From assembly GCF_009914755.1 (NCBI RefSeq), contig NC_060948.1: a DNA stretch of 64,000 nt, one strand, 5' to 3'. Positions within the stretch are counted from its first letter, which is position 1. Each line of letters opens with the position of its first letter. A program made the position numbers and the translations under genes. Shown one piece after another: positions 43,316 to 58,300 of this stretch. The notes beneath the pieces are model-generated. The model was not told where the DNA came from and did not search any database. It saw nothing but the letters and a program-made list of their open reading frames with translations. This DNA is from the human T2T-CHM13v2.0 reference genome, Homo sapiens.

Positions 43316-46300
43316 ATGGAATCAAATCAATGGAATCAAATCAAATGGAATGGAAAGGAATTGAATGGAGTAGATGGGATTGGATGGGATTGGAATGAAA
43401 TGTACTGGAAAGGACTCGAATTTCATGAAACGGAATGGAATGAATTGGAACGGAATGGACTCGAATGGAATGGAATGTCATGGAATGGCATCAAATGGAA
43501 TGGCATCAAATGGAATGGAATCGAATGCAATGGAATGCTATGGAATGGAATGGAATGCATTGGAATGGAATGTCCTCTAATGGAATGGATTCGAGTGGAA
43601 TGGAATCGAATATAATGGAGACGAATGAAATGGAATTGAAAGGAATGGGATCGAATACAATGGAATATACTGGAATGTAATGTAATGAACTCGAATGTAA
43701 TTGACTGGAATGGAATGTACATGAATGGAATGTAATCGAATGGAAAGTAATCCAATGGAATAGAATCTAATGCAATAAAATCGACTCAGATAGAGTAGAA
43801 TGTAATGGAATGGAGTGCAGTGCAATGGAATGGAATGGAATGGAATGGAATGGAATGGAATGGAACGGGATGGAATGGGATGGAATGGTATGGAATGGAT
43901 AGTAATGGACTGGAATGAAATGGACTGGAAAGGAATGGACTCAAATTGAAAGGGCTCGAAAGCAATGGAGTCAAATGGAATGGTCTGGAATGGAATGAAC
44001 ACGAATGTAATGCAATCCAATAGAATGGAATCGAATGGCATGGAATATAAAGAAATGGAATCGAAGAGAATGGAAACAAATGGAATGGAATTGAATGGAA
44101 TGGAATTGAATGGAATGGGAACGAATGGAGTGAAATTGTATGCAGTAGAAGGGAATAGAATGGAATGCAAGCGAAAGGAAAGGAATGGATTGGAATGGAA
44201 TGGAATTCATTGGAATGGAAGGGAATGTAGTGTAATGGACAGGCCTGGAATAAAGTGGAATGCTACGGTCTCGAATGGAATAAAAATGTATGGAATGGAA
44301 TGCAATGAAACGGAATCGAATGTCATAGAATGTAATGGAATGCAAAAAAACGGAATCCAAAATCATTGACTGGAAAGGCTGGGTGTTGAAAGGAATTGAC
44401 TCCAATGGAATGGAATCGAATGGAATGGAAGTGAATAGAATCGAACTAAATCGAATGGAATGGAATTGATAGGAACGGAATGGAAAGGAATGCAATGATT
44501 TGGCATGGAATGGAATCGAATGGCATCGAATGGAATGGAATGGAATGCAATGGAATGGAATGTATTAGAATGTAATGAACTTTAATGGAATGTACTCGAA
44601 TGGATTCGACTGGAATGGAATGTTCTGGAAGTGAATGGACTCCAATGGAATGGATTCAAAAGGAATGGAATCGTACGGAATGGAATCTAATGGAATGGAA
44701 TTAAATGGAAATGAATCAAATTGAATAGCACGGAATTGAATTGAATGGAATGGAATGCAATGGAATCTAATGAAACGGAAAGGAAAGGAATGGAATGGAA
44801 TGGAATGGGCTGGAATGGAAAGGAATCGAAACGAATGGAATGGAATCGAACTGAAGAGACTGGAATGGAATGCACTGGAATGGAAGGGAGTGTAATGGAG
44901 GTTCTCGAAAAAAATGGAATCGAATGGAATGCAATTGAATGGAACGGAATAGAGTCGAATGGAATTGAATGGAATGGAATGGACTAGAGTGAAATGGAAT
45001 CGAACCACAAGGAATGGACAGGAATAGAATGGTCTCGAATTGAATGGAATCGTATGGAATGGCATCAAACGGAATGGAATGGACAGCCACGGAATGGAAT
45101 GCACTCGAATGCAATGGAGTCGAAACTAACGGACTGGAATAGAATGGACTCGACTGGTACGGACTCCAATGGAATGGAATCGAATGGAAGGGAATCGAAC
45201 GGAAGGGAATCGAACGGAATGGACTCGAAGGGAAAAGACTGCAATGGAAAGGTCTCGAATGGAATGGAAATTAATGGAATGGAATGGAATCGAATGAAAT
45301 GGAGTCGAAAGGAATGGAATCGAATGGCAAGAAATCGAATGTAATGGAATCGCAAGGAATTGATGTGAACGGAACGGAATGGAATGGAATCCAAAGGAAT
45401 GGAATAGAATGGAATGGAATCGAATGGAAAGGACTCAAATGGAAATCACTCGAATAGAATGCAATTTAATAAAATAGGATCAAATGTAATGGAATGGAAT
45501 GGAAAGGAATCAAAACGAAAGGAATGGAGACAGATGGAATGGAATGGAACAGAGAGCAATGGTATAGAATGGAATGGAATCATCTAGAATGGAATTGAAT
45601 GGAATGGAATAATATGAAATGGAATGGAATGGAATGGAATGGAATGGAATGGAATGCCCTTGAATTAAATGGACTGGAATGGAATGGACTCGAAGAGAGT
45701 GGAATGGAAAGTGTTGAGATAGAATGGAATGGACTCCTTTGGAATGGTGTAGTATGCAATGCAATCGACTGGCAGGGAATCAAAAGGAATGTAATCGAAT
45801 GGATTGGACTGGAATGCGATGGACTCGAATAGATTGGAAACGGAATGCAAAGGAATGGAATGGAATAGTATGGAATGGAATGGAAAGGAATGGAGTGGAA
45901 TAGACTAGAGTGGAATGGAATGGACTGGAAAGCAATGGACTGGAATGGAACTTTCTTGAATGGACTGGAATCAAACGGAATGGAATGCAATGCAATCAAA
46001 TGGCATGGAATAAAATAGAATGAAAGAGAATCAAATGGAATTGAATCGAATGGAATCGAATGGATTGGAAAGGAATAGAATGGAATGGAATGGAATTGAC
46101 TCAAATGGAATGGACTAGAATGGAATGGATTCGAATGGAAGGCAAAGGAATGGAATCTATTGGAATGGACTGTAATGGAATGGAATGGAAGGGATTGGAA
46201 TGGACTCGAATGGAATGGACTGCAATAGAAAGGATTCGAATGGAATGAAAAAGAATTGAATGGAATAGAACAGAATGGAATCAAATCGAATGAAATGGAA

Positions 46301-49300
46301 TGGAATAGAAAGGAATGGAATGAAATGGAATGGAAAGGATTCGAATGGAATGCAATCGAATGGAATGGAATCGAACGGAATGGAATAAAATGGAAGAAAA
46401 CTGGCAAGAAATGGAATCGAAATGAATGGAGTGTTATGGAACGGACTCAAAAGGAATTGAATGTAATAGAATGGAGTGGAGTGGACTCGAATATAATGGA
46501 CTGGAATGGAATGAAATCACATGGAATGGGAACGAATGGAATGGAATGGAAAGGAATGGAATCGAATGGAAAGGAATCGAATGGAAGGGAATGAAATTGA
46601 ATCAACAGGAATGGAAGGGAATAGAATAGACGGTAATGGAATGGACTCGAATAGAATGGACACGAATGCTCAAATTGAATGGACTCGAATGGAATGGAAA
46701 CGAAAGGAATGTCATCGAATGGAATTGAATCGATTGGAATGAAATCGCATAGAATGGAGTGGAATCAAATGGAATTGAATCGAAAGGAAAGGAAGCGAAT
46801 GGACTGAAATGAAATGGAATGGAATTGAATGGAAAGTAATGCAATGGAATAGAATGGAACGAAATTTCACGGAATGGAATCAAACTGAATGGAATCAAAT
46901 CAATGGAATCAAATCAAATGGAATGGAAAGGAATTGAATGGAGTAGATTGGATTGGATGGGATTGGAATGAAATGTACTGGAAAGGACTCGAATTTCATG
47001 AAACGGAATGGAATGAATTGGAACGGAATGGACTCGAATGGAATGGAATGTCATGGAATGGCATCAAATGGAATGGCATCAAATGGAATGGAATCGAATG
47101 CAATGGAATGCTATGGAATGGAATGGAATGCATTGGAATGGAATGTCCTCTAATGGAATGGATTCGAGTGGAATGGAATCGAATATAATGGAGTCGAATG
47201 AAATGGAATTGAAAGGAATGGGATCGAATACAATGGAATATACTGGAATGTAATGTAATGAACTCGAATGTAATTGACTGGAATGGAATGTACATGAATG
47301 GAATGTAATCGAATGGAAAGTAATCCAATGGAATAGAATGTAATGCAATAAAATCGACTCAGATAGAGTAGAATGTAATGGAATGGAGTGCAGTGCAATG
47401 GAATGGAATGGAATGGAATGGAATGGAATGGAATGGAATGGGATGGAATGGGATGGAATGGTATGGAATGGATAGTAATGGACTGGAATGAAATGGACTG
47501 GAAAGGAATGGACTCAAATTGAAAGGGCTCGAAAGCAATGGAGTCAAATGGAATGGTCTGGAATGGAATGAACACGAATGTAATGCAATCCAATAGAATG
47601 GAATCGAATGGCATGGAATATAAAGAAATGGAATCGAAGAGAATGGAAACAAATGGAATGGAATTGAATGGAATGGAATTGAATGGAATGGGAACGAATG
47701 GAGTGAAATTGTATGCAGTAGAAGGGAATAGAATGGAATGCAAGCGAAAGGAAAGGAATGGATTGGAATGGAATGGAATTCATTGGAATGGAAGGGAATG
47801 TAGTGTAATGGACAGGCCTGGAATAAAGTGGAATGCTACGGTCTCGAATGGAATAAAAATGTATGGAATGGAATGCAATGAAACGGAATCGAATGTCATA
47901 GAATGTAATGGAATGCAAAAAAACGGAATCCAAAATCATTGACTGGAAAGGCTGGGTGTTGAAAGGAATTGACTCCAATGGAATGGAATCGAATGGAATG
48001 GAAGTGAATAGAATCGAACTAAATCGAATGGAATGGAATTGATAGGAACGGAATGGAAAGGAATGCAATGATTTGGCATGGAATGGAATCGAATGGCATC
48101 GAATGGAATGGAATGGAATGCAATGGAATGGAATGTATTAGAATGTAATGAACTTTAATGGAATGTACTCGAATGGATTCGACTGGAATGGAATGTTCTG
48201 GAAGTGAATGGACTCCAATGGAATGGATTCAAAAGGAATGGAATCGTACGGAATGGAATCTAATGGAATGGAATTAAATGGAAATGAATCAAATTGAATA
48301 GCACGGAATTGAATTGAATGGAATGGAATGCAATGGAATCTAATGAAACGGAAAGGAAAGGAATGGAATGGAATGGAATGGGCTGGAATGGAAAGGAATC
48401 GAAACGAATGGAATGGAATCGAACTGAAGAGACTGGAATGCAATGCACTGGAATGGAAGGGAGTGTAATGGAAGGTTCTCGAAAAAAATGGAATCGAATG
48501 GAATGCAATTGAATGGAACGGAATAGAGTCGAATGGAATTGAATGGAATGGAATGGACTAGAGTGAAATGGAATCGAACCACAAGGAATGGACAGGAATA
48601 GAATGGTCTCGAATTGAATGGAATCGTATGGAATGGCATCAAACGGAATGGAATGGACAGCCACGGAATGGAATGCACTCGAATGCAATGGAGTCGAAAC
48701 TAACGGACTGGAATAGAATGGACTCGACTGGTACGGACTCCAATGGAATGGAATCGAATGGAAGGGAATCGAACGGAAGGGAATCGAACGGAATGGACTC
48801 GAAGGGAAAAGACTGCAATGGAAAGGTCTCGAATGGAATGGAAATTAATGGAATGGAATGGAATCGAATGAAATGGAGTCAAAAGGAATGGAATCGAATG
48901 GCAAGAAATCGAATGTAATGGAATCGCAAGGAATTGATGTGAACGGAACGGAATGGAATGGAATCCAAAGGAATGGAATAGAATGGAATGGAATCGAATG
49001 GAAAGGACTCAAATGGAAATCACTCGAATAGAATGCAATTTAATAAAATAGGATCAAATGTAATGGAATGGAATGGAAAGGAATCAAAACGAAAGGAATG
49101 GAGACAGATGGAATGGAATGGAACAGAGAGCAATGGTATAGAATGGAATGGAATCATCTAGAATGGAATTGAATGGAATGGAATAATATGAAATGGAATG
49201 GAATGGAATGGAATGGAATGGAATGCCCTTGAATTAAATGGACTGGAATGGAATGGACTCGAAGAGAGTGGAATGGAAAGTGTTGAGATAGAATGGAATG

Positions 49301-52300
49301 GACTCCTTTGGAATGGTGTAGTATGCAATGCAATCGACTGGCAGGGAATCAAAAGGAATGTAATCGAATGGATTGGACTGGAATGCGATGGACTCGAATA
49401 GATTGGAAACGGAATGCAAAGGAATGGAATGGAATAGTATGGAATGGAATGGAAAGGAATGGAGTGGAATAGACTAGAGTGGAATGGAATGGACTGGAAA
49501 GCAATGGACTGGAGTGGAACTTTCTTGAATGGACTGGAATCAAACGGAATGGAATGCAATGCAATCAAATGGCATGGAATAAAATAGAATGAAAGAGAAT
49601 CAAATGGAATTGAATCGAATGGAATCGAATGGATTGGAAAGGAATAGAATGGAATGGAATGGAATTGACTCAAATGGAATGGACTAGAATGGAATGGATT
49701 CGAATGGAAGGCAAAGGAATGGAATCTATTGGAATGGACTGTAATGGAATGGAATGGAAGGGATTGGAATGGACTCGAATGGAATGGACTGCAATAGAAA
49801 GGATTCGAATGGAATGAAAAAGAATTGAATGGAATAGAACAGAATGGAATCAAATCGAATGAAATGGAATGGAATAGAAAGGAATGGAATGAAATGGAAT
49901 GGAAAGGATTCGAATGGAATGCAATCGAATGGAATGGAATCGAACGGAATGGAATAAAATGGAAGAAAACTGGCAAGAAATGGAATCGAAATGAATGGAG
50001 TGTTATGGAACGGACTCAAAAGGAATTGAATGTAATAGAATGGAGTGGAGTGGACTCGAATATAATGGACTGGAATGGAATGAAATCACATGGAATGGGA
50101 ACGAATGGAATGGAATGGAAAGGAATGGAATCGAATAGAAAGGAATCGAATGGAAGGGAATGAAATTGAATCAACAGGAATGGAAGGGAATAGAATAGAC
50201 GGTAATGGAATGGACTCGAATAGAATGGACACGAATGCTCAAATTGAATGGACTCGAATGGAATGGAAACGAAAGGAATGTCATCGAATGGAATTGAATC
50301 GATTGGAATGAAGTCGCATAGAATGGAGTGGAATCAAATGGAATTGAATCGAAAAGAAAGGAAGCAAATGGACTGAAATGAAATGGAATGGAATTGAATG
50401 GAAAGTAATGCAATGGAATAGAATGGAACGAAATTTCACGGAATGGAATCAAACTGAATGGAATCAAATCAATGGAATCAAATCAAATGGAATGGAAAGG
50501 AATTGAATGGAGTAGATTGGATTGGATGGGATTGGAATGAAATGTACTGGAAAGGACTCGAATTTCATGAAACGGAATGGAATGAATTGGAACGGAATGG
50601 ACTCGAATGGAATGGAATGTCATGGAATGGCATCAAATGGAATGGCATCAAATGGAATGGAATCGAATGCAATGGAATGCTATGGAATGGAATGGAATGC
50701 ATTGGAATGGAATGTCCTCTAATGGAATGGATTCGAGTGGAATGGAATCGAATATAATGGAGTCGAATGAAATGGAATTGAAAGGAATGGGATCGAATAC
50801 AATGGAATATACTGGAATGTAATGTAATGAACTCGAATGTAATTGACTGGAATGGAATGTACATGAATGGAATGTAATCGAATGGAAAGTAATCCAATGG
50901 AATAGAATCTAATGCAATAAAATCGACTCAGATAGAGTAGAATGTAATGGAATGGAGTGCAGTGCAATGGAATGGAATGGAATGGAATGCAATGGAATGG
51001 AATGGAATGGAATGGAATGGAATGGGATGGAATGGGATGGAATGGTATGGAATGGATAGTAATGGACTGGAGTGAAATGGACTGGAAAGGAATGGACTCA
51101 AATTGAAAGGGCTCGAAAGGAATGGAGTCAAATGGAATGGTCTGGAATGGAATGAACACGAATGTAATGCAATCCAATAGAATGGAATCGAATGGCATGG
51201 AATATAAAGAAATGGAATCGAAGAGAATGGAAACAAATGGAATGGAATTGAATGGAATGGAATTGAATGGAATGGGAACGAATGGAGTGAAATTGTATGC
51301 AGTAGAAGGGAATAGAATGGAATGCAAGCGAAAGGAAAGGAATGGATTGGAATGGAATGGAATTCATTGGAATGGAAGGGAATGTAGTGTAATGGACAGG
51401 CCTGGAATAAAGTGGAATGCTACGGTCTCGAATGGAATAAAAATGTATGGAATGGAATGCAATGAAACGGAATCGAATGTCATAGAATGTAATGGAATGC
51501 AAAAAAATGGAATCCAAAATCATTGACTGGAAAGGCTGGGTGTCGAAAGGAATTGACTCCAATGGAATGGAATTGAATGGAATGGAAGTGAATAGAATCG
51601 AACTAAATCGAATGGAATGGAATTGATAGGAACGGAATGGAAAGGAATGCAATGATTTGGCATGGAATGGAATCGAATGGCATCGAATGGAATGGAATGC
51701 AATGCAATGGAATGGAATGTATTAGAATGTAATGAACTTTAATGGAATGTACTCGAATGGATTCGACTGGAATGGAATGTTCTGGAAGTGAATGGACTCC
51801 AATGGAATGGATTCAAAAGGAATGGAATCGTACGGAATGGAATCTAATGGAATGGAATTAAATGGAAATGAATCAAATTGAATAGCACGGAATTGAATGG
51901 AATGGAATGGAATGCAATGGAATCTAATGATACGGAAAGGAAAGGAATGGAATGGAATGGAATGGGCTGGAATGGAAAGGAATCGAAACGAATGGAATGG
52001 AATCGAACTGAAGAGACTGGAATGGAATGCACTGGAATGGAAGGGAGTGTAATGGAAGGTTCTCGAAAAAAATGGAATCGAATGGAATGGAATGGAATGG
52101 AACGGAATAGAGTCGAATGGAATTGAATGGAATGGAATGGACTAGAGTGAAATGGAATCGAACCACAAGGAATGGACAGGAATAGAATGGTCTCGAATTG
52201 AATGGAATCGTATGGAATGGCATCAAACGGAATGGAATGGACAGCCACGGAATGGAATGCACTCGAATGCAATGGAGTCGAAACTAATGGACTGGAATAG

Positions 52301-55300
52301 AATGGACTCGACTGGTACGGACTCCAATGGAATGGAATCGAATGGAAGGGAATCGAACGGAATGGACTCGAAGGGAAAAGACTGCAATGGAAAGGTCTCG
52401 AATGGAATGGAAATTAATGGAATGGAATGGAATCGAATGAAATGGAGGCAAAAGGAATGGAATCGAATGGCAAGAAATCGAATGTAATGGAATCGCAAGG
52501 AATTGATGTGAACGGAACGGAATGGAATGGAATCCAAAGGAATGGAATAGAATGGAATGGAATCGAATGGAAAGGACTCAAATGGAAATCACTCGAATAG
52601 AATGCAATTTAATAAAATAGGATCAAATGTAATGGAATGGAATGGAAAGGAATCGAAACGAAAGGAATGGAGACAGATGGAATGGAATGGAACAGAGAGC
52701 AATGGTATAGAATGGAATGGAATCATCTAGAATGGAATTGAATGGAATGGAATAATATGAAATGGAATGGAATGGAATGGAATGGAATGGAATGGAATGC
52801 CCTTGAATTAAATGGACTGGAATGGAATGGACTCGAAGAGAGTGGAATGGAAAGTGTTGAGATAGAATGGAATGGACTCCTTTGGAATGGTGTAGTATGC
52901 AATGCAATCGACTGGCAGGGAATCAAAAGGAATGTAATCGAATGGATTGGACTGGAATGCGATGGACTCGAATAGATTGGAAACGGAATGCAAAGGAATG
53001 GAATGGAATAGTATGGAATGGAATGGAAAGGAATGGAGTGGAATAGACTAGAGTGGAATGGAATGGACTGGAAAGCAATGGACTGGAATGGAACTTTCTT
53101 GAATGGACTGGAATCAAACGGAATGGAATGCAATGCAATCAAATGGCATGGAATAAAATAGAATGAAAGAGAATCAAATGGAATTGAATCGAATGGAATC
53201 GAATGGATTGGAAAGGAATAGAATGGAATGGAATGGAATTGACTCAAATGGAATGGACTAGAATGGAATGGATTCGAATGGAAGGCAAATGAATGGAATC
53301 TATTGGAATGGACTGTAATGGAATGGAATGGAAGGGATTGGAATGGACTCGAATGGAATGGACTGCAATAGAAAGGATTGGAATGGAATGAAAAAGAATT
53401 GAATGGAATAGAACAGAATGGAATCAAATCGAATGAAATGGAATGGAATAGAAAGGAATGGAATGAAATGGAATGGAAAGGATTCGAATGGAATGCAATC
53501 GAATGGAATGGAATCGAACGGAATGGAATAAAATGGAAGAAAACTGGCAAGAAATGGAATCGAAATGAATAGAGTGTTATGGAACGGACTCAAAAGGAAT
53601 TGAATGTAATAGAATGGAGTGGAGTGGACTCGAATATAATGGACTGGAATGGAATGAAATCACATGGAATGGGAACGAATGGAATGGAATGGAAAGGAAT
53701 GGAATCGAATGGAAAGGAATCGAATGGAAGGGAATGAAATTGAATCAACAGGAATGGAAGGGAATAGAATAGACGGTAATGGAATGGACTCGAATAGAAT
53801 GGACACGAATGCTCAAATTGAATGGACTCGAATGGAATGGAAACGAAAGGAATGTCATCGAATGGAATTGAATCGATTGGAATGAAATCGCATAGAATGG
53901 AGTGGAATCAAATGGAATTGAATCGAAAGGAAAGGAAGCGAATGGACTGAAATGAAATGGAATGGAATTGAATGGAAAGTAATGCAATGGAATAGAATGG
54001 AACGAAATTTCACGGAATGGAATCAAACTGAATGGAATCAAATCAATGGAATCAAATCAAATGGAATGGAAAGGAATTGAATGGAGTAGATTGGATTGGA
54101 TGGGATTGGAATGAAATGTACTGGAAAGGACTCGAATTTCATAAAACGGAATGGAATGAATTGGAACGGAATGGACTCGAATGGAATGGAATGTCATGGA
54201 ATGGCATCAAATGGAATGGCATCAAATGGAATGGAATCGAATGCAATGGAATGCTATGGAATGGAATGGAATGCATTGGAATGGAATGTCCTCTAATGGA
54301 ATGGATTCGAGTGGAATGGAATCGAATATAATGGAGTCGAATGAAATGGAATTGAAAGGAATGGGATCGAATACAATGGAATATACTGGAATGTAATGTA
54401 ATGAACTCGAATGTAATTGACTGGAATGGAATGTACATGAATGGAATGTAATCGAATGGAAAGTAATCCAATGGAATAGAATCTAATGCAATAAAATCGA
54501 CTCAGATAGAGTAGAATGTAATGGAATGGAGTGCAGTGCAATGGAATGGAATGGAATGGAATGCAATGGAATGGAATGGAATGGAATGGAATGGAATGGA
54601 ATGGGATGGAATGGGATGGAATGGTATGGAATGGATAGTAATGGACTGGAGTGAAATGGACTGGAAAGGAATGGACTCAAATTGAAAGGGCTCGAAAGCA
54701 ATGGAGTCAAATGGAATGGTCTGGAATGGAATGAACACGAATGTAATGCAATCCGATAGAATGGAATCGAATGGCATGGAATATAAAGAAATGGAATCGA
54801 AGAGAATGGAAACAAATGGAATGGAATTGAATGGAATGGAATTGAATGGAATGGGAACGAATGGAGTGAAATTGTATGCAGTAGAAGGGAATAGAATGGA
54901 ATGCAAGCGAAAGGAAAGGAATGGATTGGAATGGAATGGAATTCATTGGAATGGAAGGGAATGTAGTGTAATGGACAGGCCTGGAATAAAGTGGAATGCT
55001 ACGGTCTCGAATGGAATAAAAATGTATGGAATGGAATGCAATGAAACGGAATCGAATGTCATAGAATGTAATGGAATGCAAAAAAATGGAATCCAAAATC
55101 ATTGACTGGAAAGGCTGGGTGTCGAAAGGAATTGACCCCAATGGAATGGAATCGAATGGAATGGAAGTGAATAGAATCGAACTAAATCGAATGGAATGGA
55201 ATTGATAGGAACGGAATGGAAAGGAATGCAATGATTTGGCATGGAATGGAATCGAATGGCATCGAATGGAATGGAATGGAATGCAATGGAATGGAATGTA

Positions 55301-58300
55301 TTAGAATGTAATGAACTTTAATGGAATGTACTCGAATGGATTCGACTGGAATGGAATGTTCTGGAAGTGAATGGACTCCAATGGAATGGATTCCAAAGGA
55401 ATGGAATCGTACGGAATGGAATCTAATGGAATGGAATTAAATGGAAATGAATCAAATTGAATAGCACGGAATTGAATTGAATGGAATGGAATGCAATGGA
55501 ATCTAATGAAACGGAAAGGAAAGGAATGGAATGGAATGGAATGGGCTGGAATGGAAAGGAATCGAAACGAATGGAATGGAATCGAACTGAAGAGACTGGA
55601 ATGGAATGCACTGGAATGGAAGGGAGTGTAATGGAAGGTTCTCGAAAAAAATGGAATCGAATGGAATGGAATTGAATGGAACGGAATAGAGTCGAATGGA
55701 ATTGAATGGAATGGAATGGACTAGAGTGAAATGGAATCGAACCAAAAGGAATGGACAGGAATAGAATGGTCTCGAATTGAATGGAATCGTATGGAATGGC
55801 ATCAAACGGAATGGAATGGACAGCCACGGAATGGAATGCACTCGAATGCAATGGAGTCGAAACTAATGGACTGGAATAGAATGGACTCGACTGGTACGGA
55901 CTCCAATGGAATGGAATCGAATGGAAGGGAATCGAACGGAATGGACTCGAAGGGAAAAGACTGCAATGGAAAGGTCTCGAATGGAATGGAAATTAATGGA
56001 ATGGAATGGAATCGAATGAAATGGAGTCAAAAGGAATGGAATCGAATGGCAAGAAATCGAATGTAATGGAATCGCAAGGAATTGATGTGAACGGAACGGA
56101 ATGGAATGGAATCCAAAGGAATGGAATAGAATGGAATGGAATCGAATGGAAAGGACTCAAATGGAAATCACTCGAATAGAATGCAATTTAATAAAATAGG
56201 ATCAAATGTAATGGAATGGAATGGAAAGGAATCGAAACGAAAGGAATGGAGACAGATGGAATGGAATGGAACAGAGAGCAATGGTATAGAATGGAATGGA
56301 ATCATCTAGAATGGAATTGAATGGAATGGAATAATATGAAATGGAATGGAATGGAATGGAATGCCCTTGAATTAAATGGACTGGAATGGAATGGACTCGA
56401 AGAGAGTGGAATGGAAAGTGTTGAGATAGAATGGAATGGACTCCTTTGGAATGGTGTAGTATGCAATGCAATCGACTGGCAGGGAATCAAAAGGAATGTA
56501 ATCGAATGGATTGGACTGGAATGCGATGGACTCGAATAGTTTGGAAACGGAATGCAAAGGAATGGAATGGAATAGTATGGAATGGAATGGAAAGGAATGG
56601 AGTGGAATAGACTAGAGTGGAATGGAATGGACTGGAAAGCAATGGACTGGAATGGAACTTTCTTGAATGGACTGGAATCAAACGGAATGGAATGCAATGC
56701 AATCAAATGGCATGGAATAAAATAGAATGAAAGAGAATCAAATGGAATTGAATCGAATGGAATCGAATGGATTGGAAAGGAATAGAATGGAATGGAATGG
56801 AATTGACTCAAATGGAATGGACTAGAATGGAATGGATTCGAATGGAAGGCAAAGGAATGGAATCTATTGGAATGGACTGTAATGGAATGGAATGGAAGGG
56901 ATTGGAATGGACTCGAATGGAATGGACTGCAATAGAAAGGATTCGAATGGAATGAAAAAGAATTGAATGGAATAGAACAGAATGGAATCAAATCGAATGA
57001 AATGGAATGGAATAGAAAGGAATGGAATGAAATGAAATGGAAAGGATTCGAATGGAATGCAATCGAATGGAATGGAATCGAAAGGAATGGAATAAAATGG
57101 AAGAAAACTGGCAAGAAATGGAATCGAAATGAATGGAGTGTTATGGAACGGACTCAAAATGAATTGAATGTAATAGAATGGAGTGGAGTGGACTCGAATA
57201 TAATGGACTGGAATGGAATGAAATCACATGGAATGGGAACGAATGGAATGGAATGGAAAGGAATGGAATCGAATGGAAAGGAATCGAATGGAAGGGAATG
57301 AAATTGAATCAACAGGAATGGAAGGGAATAGAATAGACGGTAATGGAATGGACTCGAATAGAATGGACACGAATGCTCAAATTGAATGGACTCGAATGGA
57401 ATGGAAACGAAAGGAATGTCATCGAATGGAATTGAATCGATTGGAATGAAATCGCATAGAATGGAGTGGAATCAAATGGAATTGAATCGAAAGGAAAGGA
57501 AGCGAATGGACTGAAATGAAATGGAATGGAATTGAATGGAAAGTAATGCAATGGAATAGAATGGAACGAAATTTCACGGAATGGAATCAAACTGAATGGA
57601 ATCAAATCAATGGAATCAAATCAAATGGAATGGAAAGGAATTGAATGGAGTAGATGGGATTGGATGGGATTGGAATGAAATGTACTGGAAAGGACTCGAA
57701 TTTCATGAAACGGAATGGAATGAATTGGAACGGAATGGACTCGAATGGAATGGAATGTCATGGAATGGCATCAAATGGAATGGCATCAAATGGAATGGAA
57801 TCGAATGCAATGGAAAGCTATGGAATGGAATGGAATGCATTGGAATGGAATGTCCTCTAATGGAATGGATTTGAGTGGAATGGAATCGAATATAATGGAG
57901 TCGAATGAAATGGAATTGAAAGGAATGGGATCGAATACAATGGAATATACTGGAATGTAATGTAATGAACTCGAATGTAATTGACTGGAATGGAATGTAC
58001 ATGAATGGAATGTAATCGAATGGAAAGTAATCCAATGGAATAGAATCTAATGCAATAAAATCGACTCAGATAGAGTAGAATGTAATGGAATGGAGTGCAG
58101 TGCAATGGAATGGAATGGAATGGAATGGAATGGAATGGAATGGAATGGGATGGAATGGGATGGAATGGTATGGAATGGATAGTAATGGACTGGAATGAAA
58201 TGGACTGGAAAGGAATGGACTCAAATTGAAAGGGCTCGAAAGCAATGGAGTCAAATGGAATGGTCTGGAATGGAATGAACACGAATGTAATGCAATCCAA

